A stretch of DNA of 64,000 bases, taken from positions 1 through 64,000 of the forward strand of contig JAUCBJ010000116.1 of the NCBI GenBank assembly GCA_032718475.1, given 5' to 3'. Of this stretch, positions 33,893 to 46,972 are shown one piece after another; within the stretch, counting starts at the first letter, position 1, and each line of letters opens with the position of its first letter. A model generated the notes under the pieces. It made no database searches, was not told where the DNA came from, and saw only the letters and a list, made by a program, of their open reading frames with translations. The position numbers and the translations under genes were made by a program. The DNA comes from Nemertoderma westbladi. Taxonomy: Eukaryota; Animalia; Xenacoelomorpha.

Positions 33893-36800
33893 ATGAGTGA
33901 CAAACAGGACTATACGAAGAATACACCTACCGACTATGACTCATTTGACGCGGATAAGTCAGTAGCGGAAGAACCACAGGGGAAGACTCGCGAGCCTACC
34001 GAACCTACACCGTGCGCGTCACCAGTACATCCAACGGGGGTACCGGATGCCGTAGTACGAGGCGACGGCAGGACCGAGGATTTTCTAATGGTCCCGCAAC
34101 CTAGACACAGGGAAACGCACATGGTAAGTTCAGTAGGAAGCCAGGAGAGCGTTGTTAGAAGCGTCGGAGGATACATGGCACATATTACCAGGAGTATTGG
34201 AGAAGGCCAACGCATATTAGACGAATTGACTGCTCCGATGTCTCGGTTCGAGTTCTACATCCTACAGGTTAGAGTACAGAGTAAAGTACATAAGTCCGTA
34301 GATAATCTAATTGGTCTACAAGATCTAGCTAGACAGAGACAGGACATGGACACACAGTTCAGAATCCTCGAGAAATTAATGATCGCTAGGGAGAAACTGA
34401 TTCAGTTTAAGACGACCGTTAGACAGATAAAACAGGAACAAGCGGACCAGTTATTAGGTGAGTCGGTTTCCGACGAATTATTGCAGCCCGAGGAAGAACA
34501 GGAACTGTACAGACTGGATGGACAACTGAAATATCTGACAGATCACTTACATATGTGCGGCGAAGACGTCGGCGATTTGGAAACCGTGCCGGAATATACG
34601 AGGGAAACTTCACCCGTACAAATCGAACTGGCACCGGGAATACTGGATCAATCGTTAGTGAGTATTCGCAGCGAAATTGGCGAGGTAAGTATAGTGACGT
34701 CAGAAATTTCTCGACAGCAACAACAGTACTGCAGACAACAACGAGAAATTGAGGAACAAACTCAATTGTTAACGGTACAAGCGGCTGTAGAGGAAGAGAA
34801 ACTACGCGTTGCGAATGTTGCGAGAATCTCTCATCTGCAAGAACAAGCCGAGTTGGAAGCAGCCGAGATGGAAAGGTTAGAGTTGGACATTGCACAACAA
34901 ACGGCAGCAGCCGAGTTAGCGCAACAAACGGCAGCGGCAGCGGCCGAGTTAGAGCGACAAAGGTTAGTTTCAGAAGCAAGAGCCGAAATGAAAAAACGGC
35001 AAATAAAGGCTCAATCAGCTATACGACTAGCGGAGTTCGAGGCGCAACAACAACAGACGGAACAACGCGAGAAGGAAGTTAAACTTCATTTCGAACTCGA
35101 AAAGAAGGCGAGAGAATTAGCCAACGCCAAGGAAGATCTGGATCTTCAAGCCCGCGATCGATCGAAGAGATCTCGAGACGGACACGATCTAGACCGGATA
35201 GAGGTAAGACATCGTCAAATTCAGGAACGAATGAAGGAAGGAAGCGTAGGAGCACCTGAGCGAGAATGGGAATTGGTTAAAGACTTATGTCAACGATTTC
35301 CTCAAGTAACTCCGATGTTCGCACCAATTACGAATAAAGGACCTGTTTCGATTGCTGGTAGTAGTAGTATATCTCCTATACACGATGCGACGGAACACAG
35401 GTATGTTATTCCGGACAAGTTTGTACCGCCAAGAGCAACGTCATCGCCTATTCCGAGAGTCAAGGTAAGTAACCCGCCGATTACAGATCGTAATAGTTTA
35501 TTGGCAGGGCCTGCATTAATGACGACTAAACAGGTGAGTCAACCATCGACACCAAAACCGGTCACGCACAACGTAAACCCAACTGTGTTTAGACCTATGA
35601 GGACTTTGGACTCAAACGCTATTACGCGACCACGAATTCAGTTTACATCACAATCTACGACTTCGAGGAAGACTTGTGAGCCTACCGAGCAACGGAGACC
35701 AGTGGATACGCGACCGCTTAATCAGTTTACATCGCAATCTACGACTTCGAGGAAGACTTGTGAGCCTACCGAGCAACGGAGACCAGTGGATACGCGACCG
35801 CTTAATCAGTTTACATCGCAATCTACGACTTCGAGGAAGACTTGTGAGCCTACCGAGCAACGGAGACCAGTGGATACGCGACCGCTTAACCAGTTTACAT
35901 CGCAATCTACGACTTCGAGGAAGACCTGCGAGCCTACCGAACAACGGAGACCAGTGGATATGCGACCGCTTAATCAGTTTACATCGCAATCTACGACTTC
36001 GAGGAAGACCTGCGAGCCTACCGAACAACGGAGACCAGTGGATACGTGACCGCTTAATCAGTTTACATCGCAATCTATGACTTCGAGGAAGACCTGCGAG
36101 CCTACCGAATGACGGAAACCAGTAGACGATGTTTCGAAACGGAATGTTAGAATTCGGACAACCCAACGAACGCGAGCACGTCGGCCACCGTATCCAGATG
36201 ATAGTAGTACTTCGAGCGAATCGGATTACCCGGAACGCGAGGTGTTTAGAACAGGAGCGGCCGATGAATGCAAACGCGAGCGTTCAACAAATTCCTTTAT
36301 AGACAATCCTCCACAAAATACACCAACACAGAAAGCGTTACAACCAACGGACGCGATTAGTACACAACAATTTGCCGACATCTTGCGACCAGTTGTTAAC
36401 AAGTTAGCCCAGATCGAGGAACGTTTGGAGGAAGTTCAAACGGATAGTTCGCGAAACACCGAATTCGAACACAATAGAAACCCGAAGGATCCGCAAAGAG
36501 CGATACCTTCAAGAAACACCTCGTATCAAAGAAAAGCGCCAAGACGGGAGAACATCAACTCGATTGCCAACCAAGGACGCGAAACTTTATAGCTAAATTC
36601 GCAGCCAGACAAGGACTACCGGTGCAACAACCACCTAAGTTTTCCGGTAACTCTAAACATTGGCACACATTCGTAGACTACATCGAATCTCAAATTGCGG
36701 CGTGCGCTTTTACATCAAGGGAAAAGTTCAACTATCTGCTTCAAACCTTGACGGGAGAACCCAAACGCTTAGCCGAGACTTTCGTTGGTGTACCAGATGC

Positions 36801-39800
36801 GTTCGAGTTAGCATACGATCGCTTAACTTCAATCTACAGAGGTACAGTCAGCATGGCCAAGTCAGTGATAGAGGAACTCTGTAAGGGGGGGGGCTATTAC
36901 TAAACCCGTCGACTTACTAAAACTAGCTGACGAAATTAAGAACGCTATCACTACATTAAGATCTATTGGACAACTCGATTACGGGAACACCCCTACAGTC
37001 CTATTAAAAATCATAGGAAGACTCCACCATCGACTTCGTTGGGAGTGGAGGAAGATCGAATATCAGCGAGAGGAAAGGGGCGGATTTTTGAAACTGGAGG
37101 ATGTGTACCTATTAATATCTAGGGAAGCAGTGGTGGAGACTCGATCCAACTACACTGACCAACACATTGTAGCAGAAGGAATCACCTTACCATCATACAA
37201 CCGACAAAAACAACCGACGACATCCACCAAGACGGCCACTTACGCCACACCAACAGAAACCCGACAATTTTCGGACGGTAGTAAAGTATCCGCACCTATT
37301 GGGATCAAACAGACCAGACAGCAACTGAGTGCAGACTTTAGCGGTTGCCAATATTGTGAGCAGTTAGGCAAGCGGCATACTAGTCACAAATTAAGAGGTT
37401 GTCGTCTGTTTCGCGAGTTAAACTCGGAAGAACGAAGACTACAGATACGGCCATTGGATTCTTGTTGGCGGTGTACGCAACACGGACACGTTCGAAAAGA
37501 CTGCCCAAATACGGACACCTGTCCATCCTGTGGACGCAACCATGACGGTTTGCTCCATACCGATAGTCATACGCCGACAAAACGCTTCACTAGGGAACAC
37601 CCAGAAGCAGCAGCGAAATGCAATACTGCGTATAAGAATCGAGAATCGAGAACAACTCCAACTTTCGTGACACATATTCGGGATTGTTTCCCGGAGCAGT
37701 CTGGGTCTTCTGATGAGGAAACCGAGGACGACGACATATACTCAGATGGAGCCGAACAACCATCGATCGCACTTCTGACGCCTGACCAACTAAAAGGATT
37801 TAGCGTAATTCCTGTCAAGATTACTGGCACAAAAGGGAGTAAACGAATCTACGCTATCCTGGATTCAGCCTCATCTCACAGCTATGTGGACGAGAAGGTA
37901 GCTGATGTCGTGACGGATCTCCGACAAGGTAAGAACGTCAAATACACTGTAAGTAGTATGCATGGACAACGTACAATACCAGTGACACGAGTTAAGTTAA
38001 ACTTAGACACTCTTCTTCCAAAATCGCAACATAGCGAAAGGGAGAGGTCTTTGTTACCCTTTAAGGATTTAACTTTTGCGGCCACTAAGGACTTTAGTAA
38101 TCTACTGGGTCCAGTGCCAGAACAATTCTTAGAGGACCGTAAGTATTTCAGACACCTTGGTGTACCTGAATGTCCTGTTAACTATAGATCAGTAGCAATG
38201 CTGATTGGGACAGATCAATTCAATTTACATCAAGTGTGGGAAACCAGACCATCGGTAGTCGTAGCAGGAAATGCATACGCCTGTCGAACTCCGATAGGTT
38301 GGTATACTCGAGTGCCTGTGCGCACACTAGATATAAGTGATGAGGAAGACGATGTACAAAGTACATGTAGTTTATTAACTACAACTTCAACTCATTCCTT
38401 TTCACACGACAAAGACTATACTACACTACGTTCGACAAAACACAACAACGTTACAAGTACGACGTGTGTAGCGAGTACGATAAGTCACAAAGAGCAGCCA
38501 ATCCACAAGGTTAGTGTAAAGATTGAGAAGGAGCGGAGACAGGCAGAGGTTCCATCAACGATAGATGATAACGCCGGAAGGCTTGCGAGTCTACCTCAAC
38601 CAATAACCTCAACAACGCCCGTCGATGACGACGCGTTAAGAAATCATCAAGTGGAACAAGCCGCGCGAGATAAAGAATTAACAGAGAAAACTATCAGGTG
38701 GTTGGAACAAGACACAGCCGAACCTGGTAGTTACGAACTATGTATGTCGGAACAAGAGAAACAATCTTTAAAGATCATGGAAGATACTATCCGCCAGACG
38801 AAAGACGGACATTATGAGGTAGGGATGCTATGGCGTAACCAACGTCCTAAACTTATAAATAACTTCTAAAAAGCTTTAAGATGTTTAAACTCAATACGAC
38901 AACGTTTATTAAAGGACGAGAAAGCCCATCTGCAGTACAATACTCAGATGGAGACGTATTTGACAAAGGGATACGCTATCAGGATGACAAACCCAGAGAT
39001 TGTGACTGACCAGACATACTATTTGCCACATCACTACGTGAGACACCCCGATAAACCAGACAAAGTAGGTGTAGTTAATGACTGCGCGGCTCTGTTTGAC
39101 GGAATGTCTCTCAATAGTGAGCTGATGGATGGACCAAACATGAATAATTATCTCATGGGGGTGATTATGCGCTTCCGTCAGCGCCAAGTAGCATTTACTT
39201 GTGACATAGAAGCGATGTTTCACCAAGTGCGAGCATTAGAGCGAGACAGAGACAGTTTGAGGTTCCTCTGGTACCCGGATGGAGACTTAAGTCAACCACC
39301 GGCGACTTACCAAATGCAAGTTCGCGTATTCAGTGCCAGGGACAGCCCAAATTGTACTATGTACGCCCTGAAGCAGACCGCTAGAGATCAGAAACATAAA
39401 TATGACCCAGAGGTAATCCGAGTAGTAGAACGAGACTTTTACGTTGACGATGGATTACAAAGTTGTGATACAGTAGAACGTGCTATAACAGTAGCACATC
39501 AATTACGGGACTGTTTAGCAGGCGGAGGTTTTAACCTCACCAAGTTTGCCTCAAACAGTGCCGAATTAGTAAATTCATTCGAAACGACTGAACGTGGGGT
39601 TGGTGACATTGACTTGGAATTCGAACCACTACCAATGACCAAGGTGTTGGGACTATTTTGGGACCCGAACACAGACAACTTTCGAGTGAAGGTAAGACTG
39701 GACGATCAAGGGGATTCTCTGACAAAGAGGTCTTGCTTGTCAAAGCTGAGTCGACTGTTCGACCCCTTAGGTTTTATCAGCCCAATAATACTGCAAGCAA

Positions 39801-42737
39801 GAATATATATGCGCAGTATTTGGAAAGATGGACTGACATGGGACGAACTGATCTCATCCGAACAAGTGGACTTATGGAAAACTTGGGAGGCGCAATTGTC
39901 TTCACTAGAAGATTATTCCATACCCCGGGTATATTTTCCATTACAGACGACATTTCCTGACAACTTAGAATTACATTGTTTTTCCGACGCCAGTGACAAC
40001 GGCTTTGGAGTGACAGCGTATTTGCGCAGACAAGTAGACTCAGATGAGTTTGATGTATCGCTCATTACTTCTAAGGCTAAAACAATGCCTACTAAGTATA
40101 TGACGACACCACGCGCTGAGCTACAAGCCGCAACTCTGTCAACTACCATTATGAACCTTATACAGACGGAATTACAATCAAGTTTACAGATATTTTATTG
40201 GACTGACGCGACGTTAGTTTTATTTTATATAAACAACGACACACTTGAATTCAAGACATTTGTAGCTAACCATCGTGCAGAAATTCTAGACCATTCAATA
40301 AAGGAAGATTGGCGACATTGTCCCGGACCACAAAATCCAGCTGATATTGCGTCGCGAGGAATGATGCCTGAGGAATTCTGTAAACCGGAAAACAAGGAAT
40401 TTTGGCAACACGGACCACAATTCTTACAAAGAGCAACACAACATTGGCCGCCACTATACGATAACAAGTCTAATACTATTCCCAAGGACGCCGAAATTAA
40501 AAAACCAAAGAAAGGGAAAGCAAAGAAAAAGACAACGGCGAAACTTAAGAAGAAACCAAAGGCGAAATGGAAAGATATAACTTACAAAGTTAAGACAGGA
40601 AGACTTGCGAGCCTTTCTCAACCAGACGTACCGCCAGACGGTCAACCAGACGTATCGCCAGATGATCAACCAGACGTATCGCCAGACGATCAACCAGACG
40701 TATCACCAGACAGTCATTCAGACACGTTACCAGACGGTCAACCAGACATTTTGCCAGACATGTCACTAGACGTTTCGCCGGATGTTCCGCGAAACATTTT
40801 ACCAGACATATCACCAGATGTCCAACCAGACACTAGTAATGTACTGACACACAGTAAAGCCGCAGTTTCCCTATTGGAGCGGCCTTCTATTGACAAACTA
40901 CCAAACTTGACACCCTTGAGTAACCATAAGTACAGTGAAACCTCATGTATTACAGATGTGGGTAGTACCTACGCAAATGTAAATACAGGTGTTACTTTAC
41001 GCTCAAGAGACATACCAACCTTACAACCTACGGTGAGACCTGGGATCGACACACAAAGTACCGACAATCAAGGTAAGAAGACAAAGAAGGACAAATTACT
41101 TGTAGACCCGGACGGATCAACAGTCAACAAGGGAATACCTACTGGCGGACCCGTGGGCCCATCTAGTAAATCAAAACCTTCCAAATTCTCCATTGACTTA
41201 CCTGATGATGTCATAAATACTTACGTCGACAGAATTGTAAACCTGACAGATTCTTGGACAAACGCGTGCCGAAAATTAGCGTGGATTGTACGTTTTGTAC
41301 AATACGTTAAAGGCAAACGCGACTTTACACGTCGACTCACATTGACTGAGATTGACAGATGTGAAATTAAATTAATTCGCCATTACCAATTGCGATATTT
41401 CGCACGCGAATCCCCATACATCTATAAGTCAAGGTCAACCAATCAAGTCGTCACCAATATTGAGTTGGAGTCCGATAATTTATAATGGCTTAATTTGTCA
41501 TAAATCTCGGCTTCAAAACATTGACTTTAATACTGATTTTAGATACCCGATAATAATACCGCAACATCACGAATTACAACGTGCAATGATACTGGACGCA
41601 CATTTACATCTGAAACACGCTGGAAGACACCACTGTCTTTCATACTTACGTACAAGATTTGTATTAATTAGACCCAGTAAAGCGCTAAGTTCAGTGACGC
41701 GTATGTGTATTATTTGTAAAAAGGTACATTCTAGAATAGGTACCCAAGAAATGAGCGAACTTCCACAAGCACGACTACAAGCATTCAGACCACCTTTCAC
41801 AGAGACTGGAATTGACTGCTTTGGTCCCATACATACGAAACGTGGACGTATACTAGTAAAACGCTGGGGACTGATTTTCACATGCATGTCCAGTAGGGCA
41901 GTTCATATTGAACGTGTGATGGATCTTTCCACCAACGCCTTTATACTAGCATTGCGGCGATTTATCGCTAGACGCGGACTAGTAAAATGCTTGTACTCAG
42001 ACCAAGGTACAAACTTTGTTGGTGCTCGAAATGAAATTGCTAGAGCCTTTAAGAAATTAGATCATGATCAAATCTCAAACAAACTACGTCCTTACAAAAT
42101 TGTTTGGAAGTTTAATCCTCCAGACAATCCATGGAGAGGCGGAGTCTGGGAGAGATTGATTAGATCTATAAAAACAGCCATGGCAAAAGTAATTCCAGTA
42201 AACCACATCTTGACAGACGACCAACTGACCATATTGTTTGTTGAAATCGAGGCAATACTAAATACTAGACCAATAGTATTAGTACCCGATGACAAACAAT
42301 CCCAGTTTGCTTTGACACCTGCACACCTGCTAATGCAGGCACCGACTTCTTTGTTGCCTATTTCTATTCCAATAGAAGGCGATAGCTACGGTAGAAAAGC
42401 GTGGAAAATCACGCAACTACTGGCTAACAAATTATGGGAAATATGGCAAAATCATTATTTGCCCTCTATTTCTGCCAGAACTAATTGGTACAATAATACT
42501 CGCGCTTTAAGAGTGGGAGATCACGTGCTGTTAGCAGAAGTGAATTTAAAAAGACGCTTCTGGATAACAGGTGTAATTTTAGACACACATCCATCTATGG
42601 ATGGAGTGACAAGAACTGTGACGGTACGGACAATTGACGGTCGTACAGTAGACAGACCGACTCAACGTCTAGTACTTCTTGAAGAGACGCGAAACAAGTC
42701 TGGAGATTACAAGTCTCCAACAAATGTTAGTAAATAG
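33893..42737 (+). pseudogene. pol: gag-pol of C with several stops and frameshifts
   Basis: Gag PPKFSG, zinc knuckles, PR ILDSAS, RT YYLPHH/CDIEAMF/FYVDD, RH CFSDAS, IN IDCFGP/SDQGTNF/WERL; breaks near 36047, 36590, 36890, 38867 and 41410. Confidence 0.92.
35638..36128 (+). repeat. About six 84-bp tandem repeats in gag of C
   Basis: 28-aa unit NQFTSQSTTSRKTCEPTEQRRPVDTRPL. Confidence 0.95.
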
Positions 42738-43476
42738 TAAGGAGTTTACAAATAGATTTCCACGTACCTGTACACTGTAGTAAAGACAGCGGTAGAATTC
42801 CATTTCCTTTATATGTGAACTACTACTAGGATCGGCATGCTGCATTGCAGCTGCATTTTTAAGAATGCTGTGCCGGCTTGTCAACAATATATGTGAACAT
42901 TGAGGGTTGTACCCTTATGTGTCACATAGGAGCGGGATTTGTAGGTATAAGAAATGGAATTCTACTTGGAACTCACAATATTGAGACATTTTCGAAATTT
43001 TAGACAATCCATTTGGATTTGAAAAATTTTTAAAATTTTCTCCAGTGAATAGATTTCAGGGTACAGTCGGGTGGAACTTAAAATTAGAGAAACAAGAGAA
43101 CGGAAGACTTGCGAGCCTTTCTTAAATTTAATTAAATTTTACACGGTCTTGTTTCAATAAGTTACGTCAAATAATAGACTTCCCTATATTTATTACTAAT
43201 TCTTGACTGCTTATTTTCTGATAATAGTTTGGGATCAAAAGGTGAGTATTTTAGACTCACAGCCAGTTTAGCCCAAATTCGTTTTTATTTCGGCAAAAAA
43301 TTTAGATAAGAAACAGTGTGTCATTAAAGAAACCTTAGATCTTAGGCTATGGGTAGGAGGTTAGAGCGTTGTCGAGCCAAAAGGGCAGACGAAAACTCTC
43401 ACATCTCCTCACAACTAACAATAAACTCTGTTGTATTCCCTCTAGTAGCAATGATTATGTAACCATACTTCAAATA

Positions 43477-44994
43477 ATGGTGAAGGGGATACATGGAGAG
43501 CCGAGATGGGGATATGATATCCAAGAGGAAGCAGCAGCTCCTTTCGAAAGATTCGGTGCAAAGGATTACACCATATTCGGAATAAAAGATTTATCAGAAA
43601 GTACAGCAAAACTTGCTAAAACTAAATATGACTCGACGGTATTAAAGAGAAGGCAAAATGCGTTAAATGAAAGAATCGAAAGTTTACGCAAAACCTTCAA
43701 CGAACTTTACCCGAACTTTACGACGCTTTATATGATACGGGAGATATTAGCGAAGACCCCAATACCGAAATTAGTCGTTTGTATCATACCATGCAATACC
43801 TGAAGGCGCATGAACCTATGCCTGCGGTACGCGATGAATTCGATGGAATGCATCTTTACAGACGAACTCGAGGGGACGATAGAAAAACAAAGGAAGCCTT
43901 TTCAGTTTATAAACTTTATTATCAATGTGGTGCTTGTATGCGCGAACAACAAAAGGCGATTCCGATGCGTTTGAATAAGGAAAATCCCGAACCGATATTG
44001 GCGAGGTGTTCGAACCATCAACAACTACGCTACCAGGAAGGAGGGTATCCTTTATCGAATCCGTATCATTCATTTGCTATGTGTGGACCAAAGGCGGGAG
44101 AAATTGTCATTTGTCCACCTAAGATTGTTGAACCCGATGCATTTGAACTTACGCTGGAAGAGGTGACTCAGTCAACCCGCGAAAAGAAAGAAGCTCTTAG
44201 CCTATACAGAGCCTATAAGGCTTTCGAGGAAGGTGAGATGGAAGAATGGGGCGGAAGACTCGCGAGCCTACCTTACCATTGGACGTCACACGATCAGACT
44301 TCAGCTAAGGAGATGACACCGAAAATTTTCGAAAGTATAAACTTTGCCCAAAATGTTTAATCGTATCACAAATGGTGAATTTGATCGGTTTCGAACAGAA
44401 AAGCGAAACAAGGGAGCTTGGTTAACCGTCGCATGGGCGTACCTAGCCGCATTCTATCACAAACGTATACGAGCGAGCGTATTCGAGGAAGAGGAGATCC
44501 TAGAGGCGACCAACATACCAGCTACTCCGGTTGCGCCGTCTGCACGTCACCCTCGGGAGGACGGACAGAACAAGATTATAAGGGTTCAAAAGGTGAGCCA
44601 ACAACTAAAGAAAACCATAAATATTGAAGAAAGAAAGGGTAGTGAACCGACTATTCGCGTTACTCGGGATACGGTGTCACTTCCCAGAGAACCGCAAGGA
44701 GGTTTAGGACACATACCAGCCGATCAAAAGGGGGCGCAAGTTTCTCTTGGGTCTGCGTCGTCCGCTTCCCGCGCATTCCCAGACGTTTTGCCAACAGTGG
44801 ATACAACTAATCGATCACGAGGAGTCGGTCGAGGATTTGGGATGCCTAATAGACGAGCATGTGAGGAAATGGTCGCACAATCTCCCAACGTACAAGGTAA
44901 ACTAGTGACTCTCCCCACAAGTCCCATACCGCGAGCAAAGTCACCTGTACGCAGTTTTCGAGGACGCGGCAGGGCTCGATCCACCAAGCGGTAA
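43477..44994 (+). pseudogene. Accessory ORF2 of C, unknown protein of about 500 aa with two frameshifts
   Basis: Three overlapping same-strand frames 43369-43803, 43779-44360 and 44344-44994; CGAC-x23-CSNH; no signal peptide or TM segment; splice signals upstream. Confidence 0.6.
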
Positions 44995-46962
44995 AAGGGA
45001 GGGCAAGGGTGGACGGAAGGCTCGTGAGCCTTTCTTATGTATTGTTTATGTAATTTGTATTGTTCTAAATTTATGCAATTTATATTGCTCCAAATTTATG
45101 TATTTTGTATTGTTCCAATTTTATGAAATTTAGAAGGAATTTAAATTTAGAAGGAATTTATATTTAGAAGGAATTTATATTTGAAAGATTTATATTTGAG
45201 ATGCCAAAAGAGTTTATATTGTCCTAAACTTATGCAGTTTATACCTAAAGAGGTGAGGTCTCTATAGGGGTGTAAACAACAGGCGGCGGTGGACTCGTGA
45301 GGGTCTGGGGGCACGTTAATTCCGCATATATAGTGCTAGGGGGTCACTGAAGGCCCTCGTGTCTAACGAACCATGAATCGACATGGTGCCGTGGTACCGT
45401 CTAGTCGGCCTGTTGCCGTACTGCCAGTCCTGTACACAGTAGGGGTGGTGGCATGGTGTGATTTGTGGCACATGTGGCGTGAACTATGTTTTGTATGTGG
45501 GCGATCAGTGGCAGTTTGCTTGGGGCTTGGATGGGTTCCTTTGGCCATCAGCTGTTCCGTTTTTTTGATACTATATGTTATTGTCTCCATGTCAGCTGAT
45601 TGGTCTTTGGGATTTGTTTGGGTCTTTGAGCTTTCTGTTGCTGTGGGTACGTGAGTACACGTGATTGTATGTGTGGCCACTGCGAGTAAGTATGGGAACC
45701 CTTGCCAGTTGGTCCAGACGCCGCTGGTATTAGTAGGACCATACTTTACTGCGCCCCACCATACTTTGTGCACACAAAGTTATTTTGCCCTGACGGCAAA
45801 ATAAGGTACTCTCGACTTGGTGGTTGGTCGATACAATTTGTCCCTTCCGATTTTGACCCCGATTTTGTCTTTCCCGATTTTGTCTCTGTGTGTGCATGGT
45901 ATGTGTTCGATTTTGTGCTTACCGTTGTGTACTTGATATTGTGAACATCTGTTGAGTACACGTGTACAGTGACTGGTAAGTGGTTACTTGTTCAGTAGCT
46001 TTTGAGCTACAGACAGTATTGTTTTTTAAATACTGCCGGCGAGGCAGGTGAAAACGAGTCAAAATTCCATGTTGGGTAGCGCAAGCCCACATGGGACAAG
46101 ACCGTCGGTTAGGCCCAAGGGCGACCTTGGTGCTCGATCGCTATTGACTGGTCCACCTGCCGGTTGACTCTTTGTTATACTTTGAGTTGGCTCGATGTAC
46201 AGTCAGGCCACAGTAAGTTGACAGTAGCCGACCATCTGGCTACACGTTCGACGAGCTGTGCTGGTGTGATCGGGGAATTGAAAATTGAACCCGGGAAGCA
46301 TCAGGCCACCCTCCGGCCCGGTCTGATAATAACAAGCAGTCGGACTGGACCCAGGGGTGGTGGAAACACGTCCGCCTCGTGGGTGCGCCTCCGGGAGGAG
46401 ACCAGAAGGACACAAGTGATTGTTCTAAACTTATGCAGTTTATATTGTTCTAAACTTATGTCGTTTATATTTTATATTTAGTAAGATTTATATTTAGAAA
46501 GTGTTATATTTGTAGTCATTCCAAACTTACGCAATTTTTTGTTTCGAATATTATGCAATTTATATTTTATAAAGAAGCAGTATTTGTATTCGCAGTAAAT
46601 AGAAGGCAAGAGCAGACGGAAGACTTGTGAGCCTTTCTTGTGATTATTTGAAATTATTCCGAACTTATGCAATTTGTTTTATATTTAAGTAGCATTTGTA
46701 TTTGTGATTGTTTGAATTTATGCAATATTTGAGATGCAATAGATTTATTTTGGTGAATTTAATTTAGATTTATATTGTACTTACTTAATAAAGCCTTAAA
46801 TACGTAAAGTTTGAATTTGTAATTATTTTGTATCAAATTATTATGTAAAGGTATTATTGTTGAGATTTAATTTGTAAATATGTAAGTACGTCCCAAGTAT
46901 TCCATAATTTGATTTAGTATTGGTGAAAACCGTATATTTTATGCACGATAATATCCTGTTTT

Positions 46963-46972
46963 CATGGAGCGG
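46963..46972 (+). other. Short PPT of C
   Basis: CATGGAGCGG directly before the 3' LTR. Confidence 0.55.
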
